This document shows, piece by piece, positions 34,665 to 42,360 of a DNA stretch of 64,000 nucleotides. The first letter of the stretch is position 1, and each line of letters starts with the position of its first letter. A program made the translations under genes and the position numbers. Source of the stretch: Clostridia bacterium (lineage in GTDB: Bacteria > Bacillota > Clostridia > Christensenellales > CAG-138); contig JAFYOP010000001.1 in the NCBI GenBank assembly GCA_017547885.1, positions 1,500 through 65,499 on the forward strand, read 5' to 3'. The notes under the pieces were generated by a model that was not told the origin of the DNA, ran no database searches, and saw nothing but the letters and a program-made list of their open reading frames with translations.

Positions 34665-34916
34665 AAATTTATCTATACTCTGCCCGTAAATGAAGCTGCG
34701 GGTAATAATGAATGGTGAGAGAGTATTGATTATCTATTCCCACCCACCACCCTTTTAAGGTATCTTCGCCTGCCGGCGAAGACGGGACAGGTATGATAAA
34801 CCTCCGGCCTTTGCTAATAACCCAAAGGATAATGTACCGCATTATCGATGGAATGCTCGGCTTTTCCGTAGGAAAAGCTACATTAAAAGGGTGGCGGGTG
34901 GGATTAGATAATAATT
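34665..34916. repeat. Family A quasi-palindromic element, copy A5 (extended variant)
   Basis: The order is a solo arm start AATTTATCTATAC, then a GGTAATAATGAATGGTGAGAGAGTATT module, then the element. Its arms are GATTATCTATTCCCACCCACCACCCTTTTAAGG and CATTAAAAGGGTGGCGGGTGGGATTAGATAATAAT. Hairpins are TCTTCGCC-TGCC-GGCGAAGA and GCTTTTCC-GTA-GGAAAAGC. Confidence 0.85.
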
Positions 34917-35067
34917 ACCTTTTCACTGTTACCGATAACTTTGTTTGCGGGCGGGTATGGATTGGATCCTATATATAATCCCATAAGTCCTAAAATAATG
35001 GACGAAACAGCCGTATTGTGATATTATTATTGTAATTACGGCCATATGGCCATATGGAGGATATGTA

Positions 35068-35595
35068 ATGTTTGAAAATCAATATGTAATGGATATAAAG
35101 CGCTATCGCCGCTGGACTGCTCCCACCTTCTATAAGGTAAAGAGCTTCTGGCCCTGGATGGTAATATTTGCAATCGGCCTGTATGGCGCTATCTTTTTCC
35201 GCAATGAAAATACTAAGCTCAATTGGGAGTCTCTGGCATACATGCTGATGCTGGTCAGCGTATATCGTTCCGTATTCTTCCGCTACATGCTTGCAGGCAA
35301 GCAGTTCAAGATGATGCGCGTGCAGTACGGCAAAAAGCAGTGGGACTGCAAGGTGGTCGTTGGTAATACCATTCGCCTGTTCATGGACGGCGAGCCCAAC
35401 AACGAAGTATTCTGGAAGCAGGTTAAGAAATGCGTTGAGGCCAAGAGCTACTTTGACCTGAGCGTGGACAATGACTTTGTGCGCCTGGATAAGAACGGCT
35501 TTACCAAGGGCGATGCGGACAGCTTCAAGGCATGGGTACAGGCCGAACATCCCGAGATCCCCTGGGAGAAGGAACTTCCCGAATTTGATAAGTAA
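35068..35595 (+). CDS. YcxB-like family protein
   Basis: 175-aa ORF after TGGAGGA. Two N-terminal TM segments plus a C-terminal domain. Family call by recollection. Confidence 0.55.
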   Translation: MFENQYVMDIKRYRRWTAPTFYKVKSFWPWMVIFAIGLYGAIFFRNENTKLNWESLAYMLMLVSVYRSVFFRYMLAGKQFKMMRVQYGKKQWDCKVVVGNTIRLFMDGEPNNEVFWKQVKKCVEAKSYFDLSVDNDFVRLDKNGFTKGDADSFKAWVQAEHPEIPWEKELPEFDK

Positions 35596-35649
35596 CACGG
35601 TTTTGCATTCAGCCGCTGAGGAGCAATCCTCAGCGGTTTTTGCTTATAC

Positions 35650-35679
35650 AAAACGCCCCATCCTTCATGGGGCGTTTTT
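35650..35679. terminator. Bidirectional intrinsic terminator (part of the C2 3'-UTR cassette)
   Basis: AAAACGCCCCAT-CCTTC-ATGGGGCGTTTTT. Same hairpin as 3976..4007, with an A-T to C-G compensatory change at the stem base. Confidence 0.8.
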
Positions 35680-35723
35680 AGATAGCACGATCAGGCTTGC
35701 TTATTATATTTATTTGTTTAACG

Positions 35724-35794
35724 TTCGCTTTTCTTTCTCTTTTTGCTTCTTTTTCTGCTTTCTTTTCGCGTCCGAAAAGAAAGAGAAAAAGAAG
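35724..35794 (+). repeat. Family C Py-Py-Pu triplex-type module, copy C2
   Basis: TTCGCTTTTCTTTCTCTTTTTGCTTCTTTTTCTGCTTTCTTTTCGCGTCCGAAAAGAAAGAGAAAAAGAAG, 11 nt beyond the stop of minus-strand gene 35806..36750. Confidence 0.9.
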
Positions 35795-35805
35795 AATATC
35801 CTCCA

Positions 35806-36750
35806 TCAATAAAACGTTGCAACTTCCTTTTCCGGCTTTTGTGCAGGCTCAACATCTATAACGTGGAGCACAGGGCCGCGGCCGCCGTAGATGCGGTTAA
35901 AGCGTACCTCTATGGAGGCGGTGACTATAACCCACTGGCGCTGGGTCAGGGTGTCTGCCTTGTCCCACTTGCACACAAGGCCGCTGTATTCGATATCGTC
36001 CACACAGCAGGTCATAACGTGACGTCCGGCAATGAAGGTATCTTCGGGCAGGCGGGCGTTGCGGGCAACTATGCCCTTAAAGCGAACGGTTTTGCCTGCG
36101 TACTTTTTCAGCTCCTCGGACATATCCCGATACCATATGGCGTAGTCGTTGTCGCCGATTTCGATAACCGGAGCATCAACGTCAAAGGGGAGGGGGTCCT
36201 CAATATCGTCGTATTCCACATGGCCGTCGGTGTATTCGTAGGCGATGTTGGCACGGCGGGATACACCGCGGATTATCTTGTGTATCTCCTCTTTGTTGAG
36301 GGTGTCGTCCGCACGGTTCAGCACAACCAGCTCCGCCGTCATCAGCTTGTCCACCATAAGGGAGCGCATGTTGGTGTTGTAGGGAATGAAGGTTTTGGCG
36401 TCCACAAACATGAACTCCTGATACACTGTCCATTCCTTGGGGAAAACACGGGCAAGGTCGCTGAGCAGCCACATGCCGTTGTACTCTATCAGCACGCGAT
36501 CCGCCTGATATTTCTTGACCAGCTTGGTAAGGTCTTCGGAGGTGACCTCTTCGATATCCTCTATGGTTTCGATGTAAACGTATTTGCTGGGGAACTTTGA
36601 AGGATCCAGCTCCTCAATGCCCTCCTCGCACATCAGCACAAGGGTGCGCTCCCCGTCATTAAAGCGCTTATCGCACAGGGTCTCCTGCATAAAGCGGGTC
36701 TTGCCGCCCTCCAGAAACCCCGTGAACATATATACAGGAATCTGTTTCAT
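35806..36750 (-). CDS. G3E-family GTPase-like N-terminal domain fused to a DUF1980/TIGR03943-like C-terminal domain
   Basis: 314-aa ORF. N-terminus VYMFTGFLEGGKT (P-loop-like). The C-terminal segment GRHVMTCCVDDIEYSGLVC resembles YcgQ/DUF1980. Confidence 0.65.
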   Translation of the reverse strand: MKQIPVYMFTGFLEGGKTRFMQETLCDKRFNDGERTLVLMCEEGIEELDPSKFPSKYVYIETIEDIEEVTSEDLTKLVKKYQADRVLIEYNGMWLLSDLARVFPKEWTVYQEFMFVDAKTFIPYNTNMRSLMVDKLMTAELVVLNRADDTLNKEEIHKIIRGVSRRANIAYEYTDGHVEYDDIEDPLPFDVDAPVIEIGDNDYAIWYRDMSEELKKYAGKTVRFKGIVARNARLPEDTFIAGRHVMTCCVDDIEYSGLVCKWDKADTLTQRQWVIVTASIEVRFNRIYGGRGPVLHVIDVEPAQKPEKEVATFY

Positions 36751-36753
36751 GTA

Positions 36754-37902
36754 CTATACTCCAAACAGCTCCATAAGGGCGGATTCATTCAGCTTTGCGC
36801 CGATTACGCACAGCCTGCCGGTAACGCCTGCGCTGCCTTCGCGAACGTTTATCTCGCCGGGTACAAAGTCAAAGTGTATCCAGGCATTTTCGCCCTTCAG
36901 TATGCCCTTTGCCCTGAGTACCGCGCCGTACTTTTCCTCGTCCTCAAGGGCGGCAAGGGCAGCGGCGATACCTTCCGCAGAGAAGGCCTTGGCAGTTTCA
37001 ACGCCCCAGCTGGTGAATACTTCGTCAGCGTGATGATGGTGATGATGTCCGCACTCGCACTCGTGGTCATGCTCGTGATGATGGCCGCATTCGCACTCAT
37101 GGTCATGCTCGTGATGATGGCCGCATTCGCACTCGTGGTCATGCTCGTGATGATGGCCGCATTCGCACTCATGGTCGTGTTCGTGATGGCCGCACTCGCA
37201 CTCGTGGTCATGCTCGTGATGATGTCCGCACTCGCACTCGTGCTCGTGATGGTGGTGGTGATGATGCTCGCTTTCTGCCTTCAGGTGTGCAAGCTCCTCA
37301 TCAAGGGTGTCGCGGCGCTCCATGGCGGTGAGTATCTGTGCGCCGGTCAGCTCATCCCAGGGGGTAGTGATGAGGGTGGCATCGGCGTTGTGCTGACGGA
37401 TAAGCTCAACGGTGGCGGTGAGCTTGTCCTCGGATATGCCTGCGGTGCGGGAGAGGACTATGGAATTGGCGTGCTCTATCTGGTCGTTGAAGAATTCACC
37501 AAAGTTCTTCATGTACATCCTGCACTTGTTGGCGTCAACGATGGCGGTAAAGCTGTTGAGCTGCAGCTCCTCTGCTCCCACGTCCTGTACGGCGCGGATA
37601 ACGTCGCTGAGCTTGCCTACGCCGGAGGGCTCTATCAGTATACGGTCGGGGGAGTACTGCTCCAGCACCTTCTTGAGGGCCTCGCCAAAATCGCCCACCA
37701 GGCTGCAGCAGATGCAGCCGGAGTTCATTTCGGTAACCTCAATTCCGGCTTCCTCAAGGAAACCGCCGTCAATGCCTATTTCACCGAATTCGTTTTCTAT
37801 AAGTACCAGCTTTTCCCCGCCAAATGCCTCGGGGATGAGCTTCTTGATGAGAGTAGTCTTGCCTGCGCCCAGGAAGCCGGAAAAAATATCTACCTTTGTC
37901 AT
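36754..37902 (-). CDS. CobW/COG0523 family GTP-dependent metallochaperone with a long His/Cys repeat insert
   Basis: Track ORF 36754..38055, start set at ATG 37902 (MTKVDIFSGFLGAGKTT); ATG 37914 is an alternative. Has the CICCS motif (CxCC), the ILIEPSGVG switch and a CobW C-terminal domain. The insert is (HDHECECGHHHE)n. Confidence 0.85.
   Translation of the reverse strand: MTKVDIFSGFLGAGKTTLIKKLIPEAFGGEKLVLIENEFGEIGIDGGFLEEAGIEVTEMNSGCICCSLVGDFGEALKKVLEQYSPDRILIEPSGVGKLSDVIRAVQDVGAEELQLNSFTAIVDANKCRMYMKNFGEFFNDQIEHANSIVLSRTAGISEDKLTATVELIRQHNADATLITTPWDELTGAQILTAMERRDTLDEELAHLKAESEHHHHHHHEHECECGHHHEHDHECECGHHEHDHECECGHHHEHDHECECGHHHEHDHECECGHHHEHDHECECGHHHHHHADEVFTSWGVETAKAFSAEGIAAALAALEDEEKYGAVLRAKGILKGENAWIHFDFVPGEINVREGSAGVTGRLCVIGAKLNESALMELFGV
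37030..37268 (-). repeat. Coding tandem repeat, 36-bp unit x about 5.5, inside the COG0523 gene
   Basis: Units GCCGCATTCGCACTC(A/G)TGGTCATGCTCGTGATGATG begin at 37048, 37084, 37120, 37156 (33 bp) and 37189. They encode HHHEHDHECECG repeats flanked by His runs. Confidence 0.9.
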
Positions 37903-38113
37903 GGTTTGATGCATCTCTTTTCGTTGTATTTTGAGAAGGAAGACTGCAAAAGGCCATCCCTCCACAACTGTATTATAGTCAGACAGAAGCGGATATACAA
38001 GGGCACACGGGCATTTTCTTGCTATGTTCACAGGTAAGGAGGAATTTCGCCACAAATTATGAACAAATGCGTATTATAGGTGAACTGAATAAAAAATATG
38101 GTATAATAGGCCT

Positions 38114-38857
38114 ATGGAAAAGCGGGATAGAAAAGAAAGAAAGAACGCAAAGGTCATACGTCGTATTTTGACGGGCATTATCTGCGCCGCGCTGATATTT
38201 ATCGGGGCGTTTTTATGGTTCTTTGTGTTTGAGGTTACCCCGCTGCCCAAGGCAATAAAGCAGGAAGCTGTGGAAACCACTTCTGCGCCGACTGCAGCGC
38301 CTGAGCCTGCACCTGAGCCTGTGCCCACGCTGTACATACCCAAGCCGGAGGTGAACACATACACCGCAAAGCTGTGGGCAAAAGAGGAGACCATTAAAGG
38401 AAGCATGCGCCTCCACTACATAAACAACGGAGCGGATACCCTGTATTCCGTGCCTTTCCATCTCTATCCCAATACCGTTACCCCCGATGCCATTACGGTG
38501 GATAGGCTGTCCCTTGACGGCAAAGAAGCCTATTACGTGGTGGATAATGATAAGCTGAACGTACCCCTTGCGGTGGAGCTGATGCCGGGAGAGGATTGCG
38601 TGATATTTGTGGAGTTTACTGTGAACCTGTATAAGGGGCAATACGGCTCTGACGGTAAGCTCATGTATCTGCTGCCTGCCGCGGCGGTGTATGAGCATGA
38701 CTGGCTGCTGGATGCCCGGCCTGAGGATGTGAATTATACCGCACCTGCTACATACAGCATAATAATAGAGGGAGAAGCCTCCTGCGGCATGCCACAGAGC
38801 GAGGAAGGTCACTATTACGGCGAAAATATGCAGGGCCTGACCGTAATATTGCATTAA
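38114..38857 (+). CDS. Hypothetical membrane-anchored extracytoplasmic protein
   Basis: 247-aa ORF. Basic N-terminus, one TM segment, a Pro/Ala linker and a beta-rich domain. No family recognised with confidence. Confidence 0.5.
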   Translation: MEKRDRKERKNAKVIRRILTGIICAALIFIGAFLWFFVFEVTPLPKAIKQEAVETTSAPTAAPEPAPEPVPTLYIPKPEVNTYTAKLWAKEETIKGSMRLHYINNGADTLYSVPFHLYPNTVTPDAITVDRLSLDGKEAYYVVDNDKLNVPLAVELMPGEDCVIFVEFTVNLYKGQYGSDGKLMYLLPAAAVYEHDWLLDARPEDVNYTAPATYSIIIEGEASCGMPQSEEGHYYGENMQGLTVILH

Positions 38858-38863
38858 AAAATC

Positions 38864-38890
38864 GAGAACCCGCAAGGGTTCTTTTTATTT
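38864..38890 (+). terminator. Intrinsic terminator
   Basis: AGAACCC-GCAA-GGGTTCT followed by TTTTATTT. Confidence 0.8.
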
Positions 38891-39017
38891 GTAAAAATAT
38901 GGAATTGCGTCCATGTTTTTGATGCTGTCCTTTATGAAGAATAAACTTATATGTGCTGGGAATACTAAACCTCAAACACCGCATACGCGGAAAAATCAAG
39001 GAGGAAATATCCACAGC

Positions 39018-39515
39018 ATGAAGAAAAGAGTATCTTTGGCCGTGATGGCCATGCTTGTCGTGGCAGCTATGCTGATGGCGGTGGGCTGCGCAAATAACAC
39101 ACCTGAACCTGCACCCAGCCCCTCACCCATGGCTACCGTAAGCCCCAGCCCCGATGCGCCCATGGTAGAAGTAAATCCCAGCGCCGGGCAGCCCCCCATG
39201 GCGGGCGGAGTGATCCAGAACTTTGTGGAGGGTGCGGTTATCGAGCTGACCCAGCTGCCCGCAGAGATCTCTGACGCAATCAAGAAGGAATACGCCGACG
39301 CAACCGTTAAGAGCGCATCCTATGCCACCTATGAAAATCAGCAGATGTACAAGGTGACCATCCAGCGGGCCGAAGATGACGCCACCGAGGACGTATATGT
39401 TACCTCCGAGGGCAGGATCATCCCCGCCAAGGCCACCGCGGCATCACCATCACCCACTGCAGGCGGCTCCGGCAGCACCGAAACCCCTGCCGGCGGAGTG
39501 GAAAGCGGCAAATAG
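39018..39515 (+). CDS. Lipoprotein with a PepSY-like C-terminal domain
   Basis: Track ORF 38913..39515, start set at ATG 39018 (MKKRVSLAVMAMLVVAAMLMAVGC, a lipobox). A Pro/Ser linker follows, then a YKVTIQ..VYVTSEGRII segment. Confidence 0.6.
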   Translation: MKKRVSLAVMAMLVVAAMLMAVGCANNTPEPAPSPSPMATVSPSPDAPMVEVNPSAGQPPMAGGVIQNFVEGAVIELTQLPAEISDAIKKEYADATVKSASYATYENQQMYKVTIQRAEDDATEDVYVTSEGRIIPAKATAASPSPTAGGSGSTETPAGGVESGK

Positions 39516-39534
39516 CAGAATACATTCAAAGGGA

Positions 39535-39567
39535 ATCGATAACGGAAAAAACCGTTATCGATTTTTT
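39535..39567 (+). terminator. Intrinsic terminator after the lipoprotein gene
   Basis: AATCGATAACGG-AAAAAA-CCGTTATCGATTTTTTG. Confidence 0.85.
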
Positions 39568-39600
39568 GAATAATAGAATAATTGGATTAGGGATATGAAT

Positions 39601-39782
39601 TTAACAAATGGGCAGCCCTGTGCTATTATAGACACAAGACATAGTAATGATGCTGCCTTTGGCAGGGCAGTACAAAGAATACCTCCTCTTAAATAAATGG
39701 ATTCGGTTCGGGCGAAGGGATAGCGCCCGAAAAACAGCGGGAAAATCAGCATTATCGGAAAGTTCGATAATGCTGATTTTTT
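39601..39782 (+). promoter_or_regulatory. Promoter plus a ~150-nt terminated leader or small RNA upstream of sdaAB
   Basis: TTAACA, a 17-bp spacer, then TATTAT (39601..39629). Internal hairpins are CTGCC-TTTG-GCAG and TTCGGGCG-AAGGGATA-CGCCCGAA. A strong terminator AAAATCAGCATTATCG-GAAAGTT-CGATAATGCTGATTTTTT lies at 39742..39782. Upstream GTAATGATGCTG can pair with the terminator 5' arm CAGCATTAT. Confidence 0.45.
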
Positions 39783-39881
39783 GTGCGGGCAGGTGCGCGG
39801 AGATGCTGTGGATTTTTGTTATATTTGGCTGTATAATTACATTACCAAAATGCGGCTTGGCCGCTGAAAGGATGACCGGCG

Positions 39882-40565
39882 ATGGCTGATATTTTTGATA
39901 TTCTGGGGCCCATAATGGTTGGCCCGTCCAGTTCACATACGGCAGGCGCTGTGCGTATAGGCAGCATGGCCCGCACCCTGCTTGGGGAAAGGGTGGTCAG
40001 CGCGGATATACTGCTGCACGGCTCCTTTGCGGACACCGGCCACGGCCACGGTACAGACAGGGCGCTGCTGGCAGGCCTTCTTGGCATGGATCCCGCAGAC
40101 CTTCGCATACCAAATGCCTTTGAGGAGGCAGACAAAGTGGGGCTGAAGTATACCTTTGGCGAAATAGAGCTTATGGATGCCCACCCAAACTCCGTGGTGA
40201 TGGACATAGTGGGGGAATCCGGACTTAGGCTCAGCATAAGGGCGTCCTCCATAGGAGGGGGCCGCATAATGGTAAATGAGCTGGATGGCATTGAGGTGGC
40301 CTTTGACGGCAGCTTCAATACCCTTGTGATACACCATGTGGATGAGTTTGGCACCATTGCCGAGGTATCAAGGCTGCTGTCAAATTATCGCATAAACATA
40401 GCAAATATGCGCTTGTCCCGCCATCGCAGGGGCGGAGAGGCACTTATGATAATAGAAACGGACCAGACCGTGGAACGCAAGATAATAGACTGGATACGGG
40501 AATTCCACGGCATAGCAAAGGTGACCTATTACGATAAAAACAAGGAGGCCGAATATGAGGCTTGA
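39882..40565 (+). CDS. sdaAB: L-serine dehydratase, iron-sulfur-dependent, beta subunit
   Basis: 227-aa ORF. Starts IFDILGPIMVGPSSSHTAGA and has a C-terminal ACT-like domain. Confidence 0.9.
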   Translation: MADIFDILGPIMVGPSSSHTAGAVRIGSMARTLLGERVVSADILLHGSFADTGHGHGTDRALLAGLLGMDPADLRIPNAFEEADKVGLKYTFGEIELMDAHPNSVVMDIVGESGLRLSIRASSIGGGRIMVNELDGIEVAFDGSFNTLVIHHVDEFGTIAEVSRLLSNYRINIANMRLSRHRRGGEALMIIETDQTVERKIIDWIREFHGIAKVTYYDKNKEAEYEA

Positions 40566-41430
40566 TTCCATGGAGGCCATTTGCCTGGGGGCAAAAGAAG
40601 CCGGTGCGCAGTTCTGGGAGGCTGTGCTCCTTTATGATATGGAAGAGCGTCAGTGCATCCGTGAGGAGTCTATGGCAAAGATGCTGACCGTGTGGACGGC
40701 TATGGTAGAGGCCTCCGACAGCTATACGGGACAGCGCCGCTCTGTAAGCGGCCTTGTGGGGGGCGATGGCCTTAAGATGCGCATGTACAATCGCCGGGGA
40801 GAATCTCTTTGCGGAGATTACGTGGGCCGCGTAATAGCAGAGGCTTTGTCCATGGCGGAATCCAATGCCTGCATGCGCCGCATAGTGGCTGCTCCCACGG
40901 CAGGCTCCTGCGGCGTATTGCCTGCGGTGCTTATCCCCCTGTGGAATCAGCAGAAACTGACCCAGCGTCAGGTTATAGAGGCCCTGTATACCGCCAGCGG
41001 CATAGGGGCTGTGATAGCCTCCAAGGCCGGCATATCCGGTGCGTCCGGCGGCTGTCAGGCGGAGATAGGTTCTGCTGCGGCAATGGCTGCCGGAGCCCTT
41101 GTGCATATACAGGGGGGGGATATGGATATGATATGCAACGCTGTCGCAATAGCGCTGAAAAACCTTATGGGTCTCATATGTGATCCCGTGGCGGGCCTTG
41201 TAGAGGTGCCCTGCGTAAAGCGCAACGTGGCGGGAGCCATGACGGCGGTAAGCGCTGCGGATATGGCCCTTGCAGGCATAGAGAGCCGGGTACCTGTGGA
41301 TCAGGTAATACAGGCCATGGGCGAGGTGGGGCGGCACATGCCCCTTGAATTCCGGGAAACTGCCCTTGGAGGCCTTGCGGCCACCCCCTTTGGCAAGGAG
41401 ATAAAGCAGAGACAAAAGGAAAGGGAATAA
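40555..41430 (+). CDS. sdaAA: L-serine dehydratase, iron-sulfur-dependent, alpha subunit
   Basis: 291-aa ORF overlapping sdaAB by 11 nt. Motifs AAPTAGSCGVLPA, SGASGGCQAEIGSAAAMAA and LICDPVAGLVEVPC. Confidence 0.9.
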   Translation: MRLDSMEAICLGAKEAGAQFWEAVLLYDMEERQCIREESMAKMLTVWTAMVEASDSYTGQRRSVSGLVGGDGLKMRMYNRRGESLCGDYVGRVIAEALSMAESNACMRRIVAAPTAGSCGVLPAVLIPLWNQQKLTQRQVIEALYTASGIGAVIASKAGISGASGGCQAEIGSAAAMAAGALVHIQGGDMDMICNAVAIALKNLMGLICDPVAGLVEVPCVKRNVAGAMTAVSAADMALAGIESRVPVDQVIQAMGEVGRHMPLEFRETALGGLAATPFGKEIKQRQKERE

Positions 41431-41445
41431 ATGCATATCGATTAT

Positions 41446-41472
41446 AAAAACCGCGGCATGACCGCGGTTTTT
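41446..41472 (+). terminator. Intrinsic terminator after sdaAA
   Basis: AAAAACCGCGG-CATGA-CCGCGGTTTTT. Confidence 0.85.
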
Positions 41473-41616
41473 ATATTGTTTGCCGTATAATTGATAAAAT
41501 CGATATATGACCGAACAATATCGTATTTTTGAATTGGACTGCATAGACAGTGAGTATTTATACTTTGAATAATACTGGGGTGTTATGCGGCTGTGTCGAC
41601 CGCGGGAGGAACAGTA

Positions 41617-42360
41617 ATGGAAGATCTGATTCTGCGCGTAACGGATATTCGGAAAGATTACGGACATATACAGGCGCTGCAAGGCGCTTCTTTAAGTGTG
41701 AAAAGGGGAAGTATAACCGCAGTTGTTGGCGACAATGGCTCGGGAAAATCCACCCTTATAAAGATACTGTCCGGCAACATAAAGCCCGATGGCGGCAGCA
41801 TACAGGTGGGACAGGAAAGCTATGGCAGCCTCAGCATCAAGAATGCAATGGAGCTGGGCATACGCACGGTCTATCAGGATCTGTCGCTGGATAATTATAA
41901 AAACAGCTTTGAAAACATATTTCTTGGGGCAGAGCTTACCAGGGGGCCGTTCCTTGATCGCAGAGCCATGAAGGAGGAGGCCGGGGCCATACTTGAGCGC
42001 ATCAATGTGGCTATACCTGACCTGGAGGAGCCGGTGGGAAACCTTTCGGGAGGTCAGCGTCAGGGGGTGGCTATAGCAAGGGCACTAAGGACCCCGGGAA
42101 AGATACTTCTGCTGGATGAGCCCACCGCTGCCATGGGTATACATGAGAGCCACAGCGCCATGAACATACTGCGCAGCCTCAAAGAGCAGGGAATGAGCCA
42201 GCTTATAATAAGCCATAACATACATCAGGTATTTGACATTGCAGACTACATATGGGTCATGCGTCTGGGGCGCTGTATCGCGGGAGTAGCCACTGCGGAT
42301 ACCACACCTCAGCAGCTGCAGGAGCTTATCCTCAGCAGAGAAAATCAGGAGGTACAGTAA
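41617..42360 (+). CDS. ABC transporter ATP-binding protein (single NBD, sugar/CUT2-like)
   Basis: Track ORF 41593..42360, start set at ATG 41617 after GGGAGGAACAGTA. Walker A GDNGSGKST, signature LSGGQRQ, Walker B LLLDEPT. Confidence 0.85.
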   Translation: MEDLILRVTDIRKDYGHIQALQGASLSVKRGSITAVVGDNGSGKSTLIKILSGNIKPDGGSIQVGQESYGSLSIKNAMELGIRTVYQDLSLDNYKNSFENIFLGAELTRGPFLDRRAMKEEAGAILERINVAIPDLEEPVGNLSGGQRQGVAIARALRTPGKILLLDEPTAAMGIHESHSAMNILRSLKEQGMSQLIISHNIHQVFDIADYIWVMRLGRCIAGVATADTTPQQLQELILSRENQEVQ

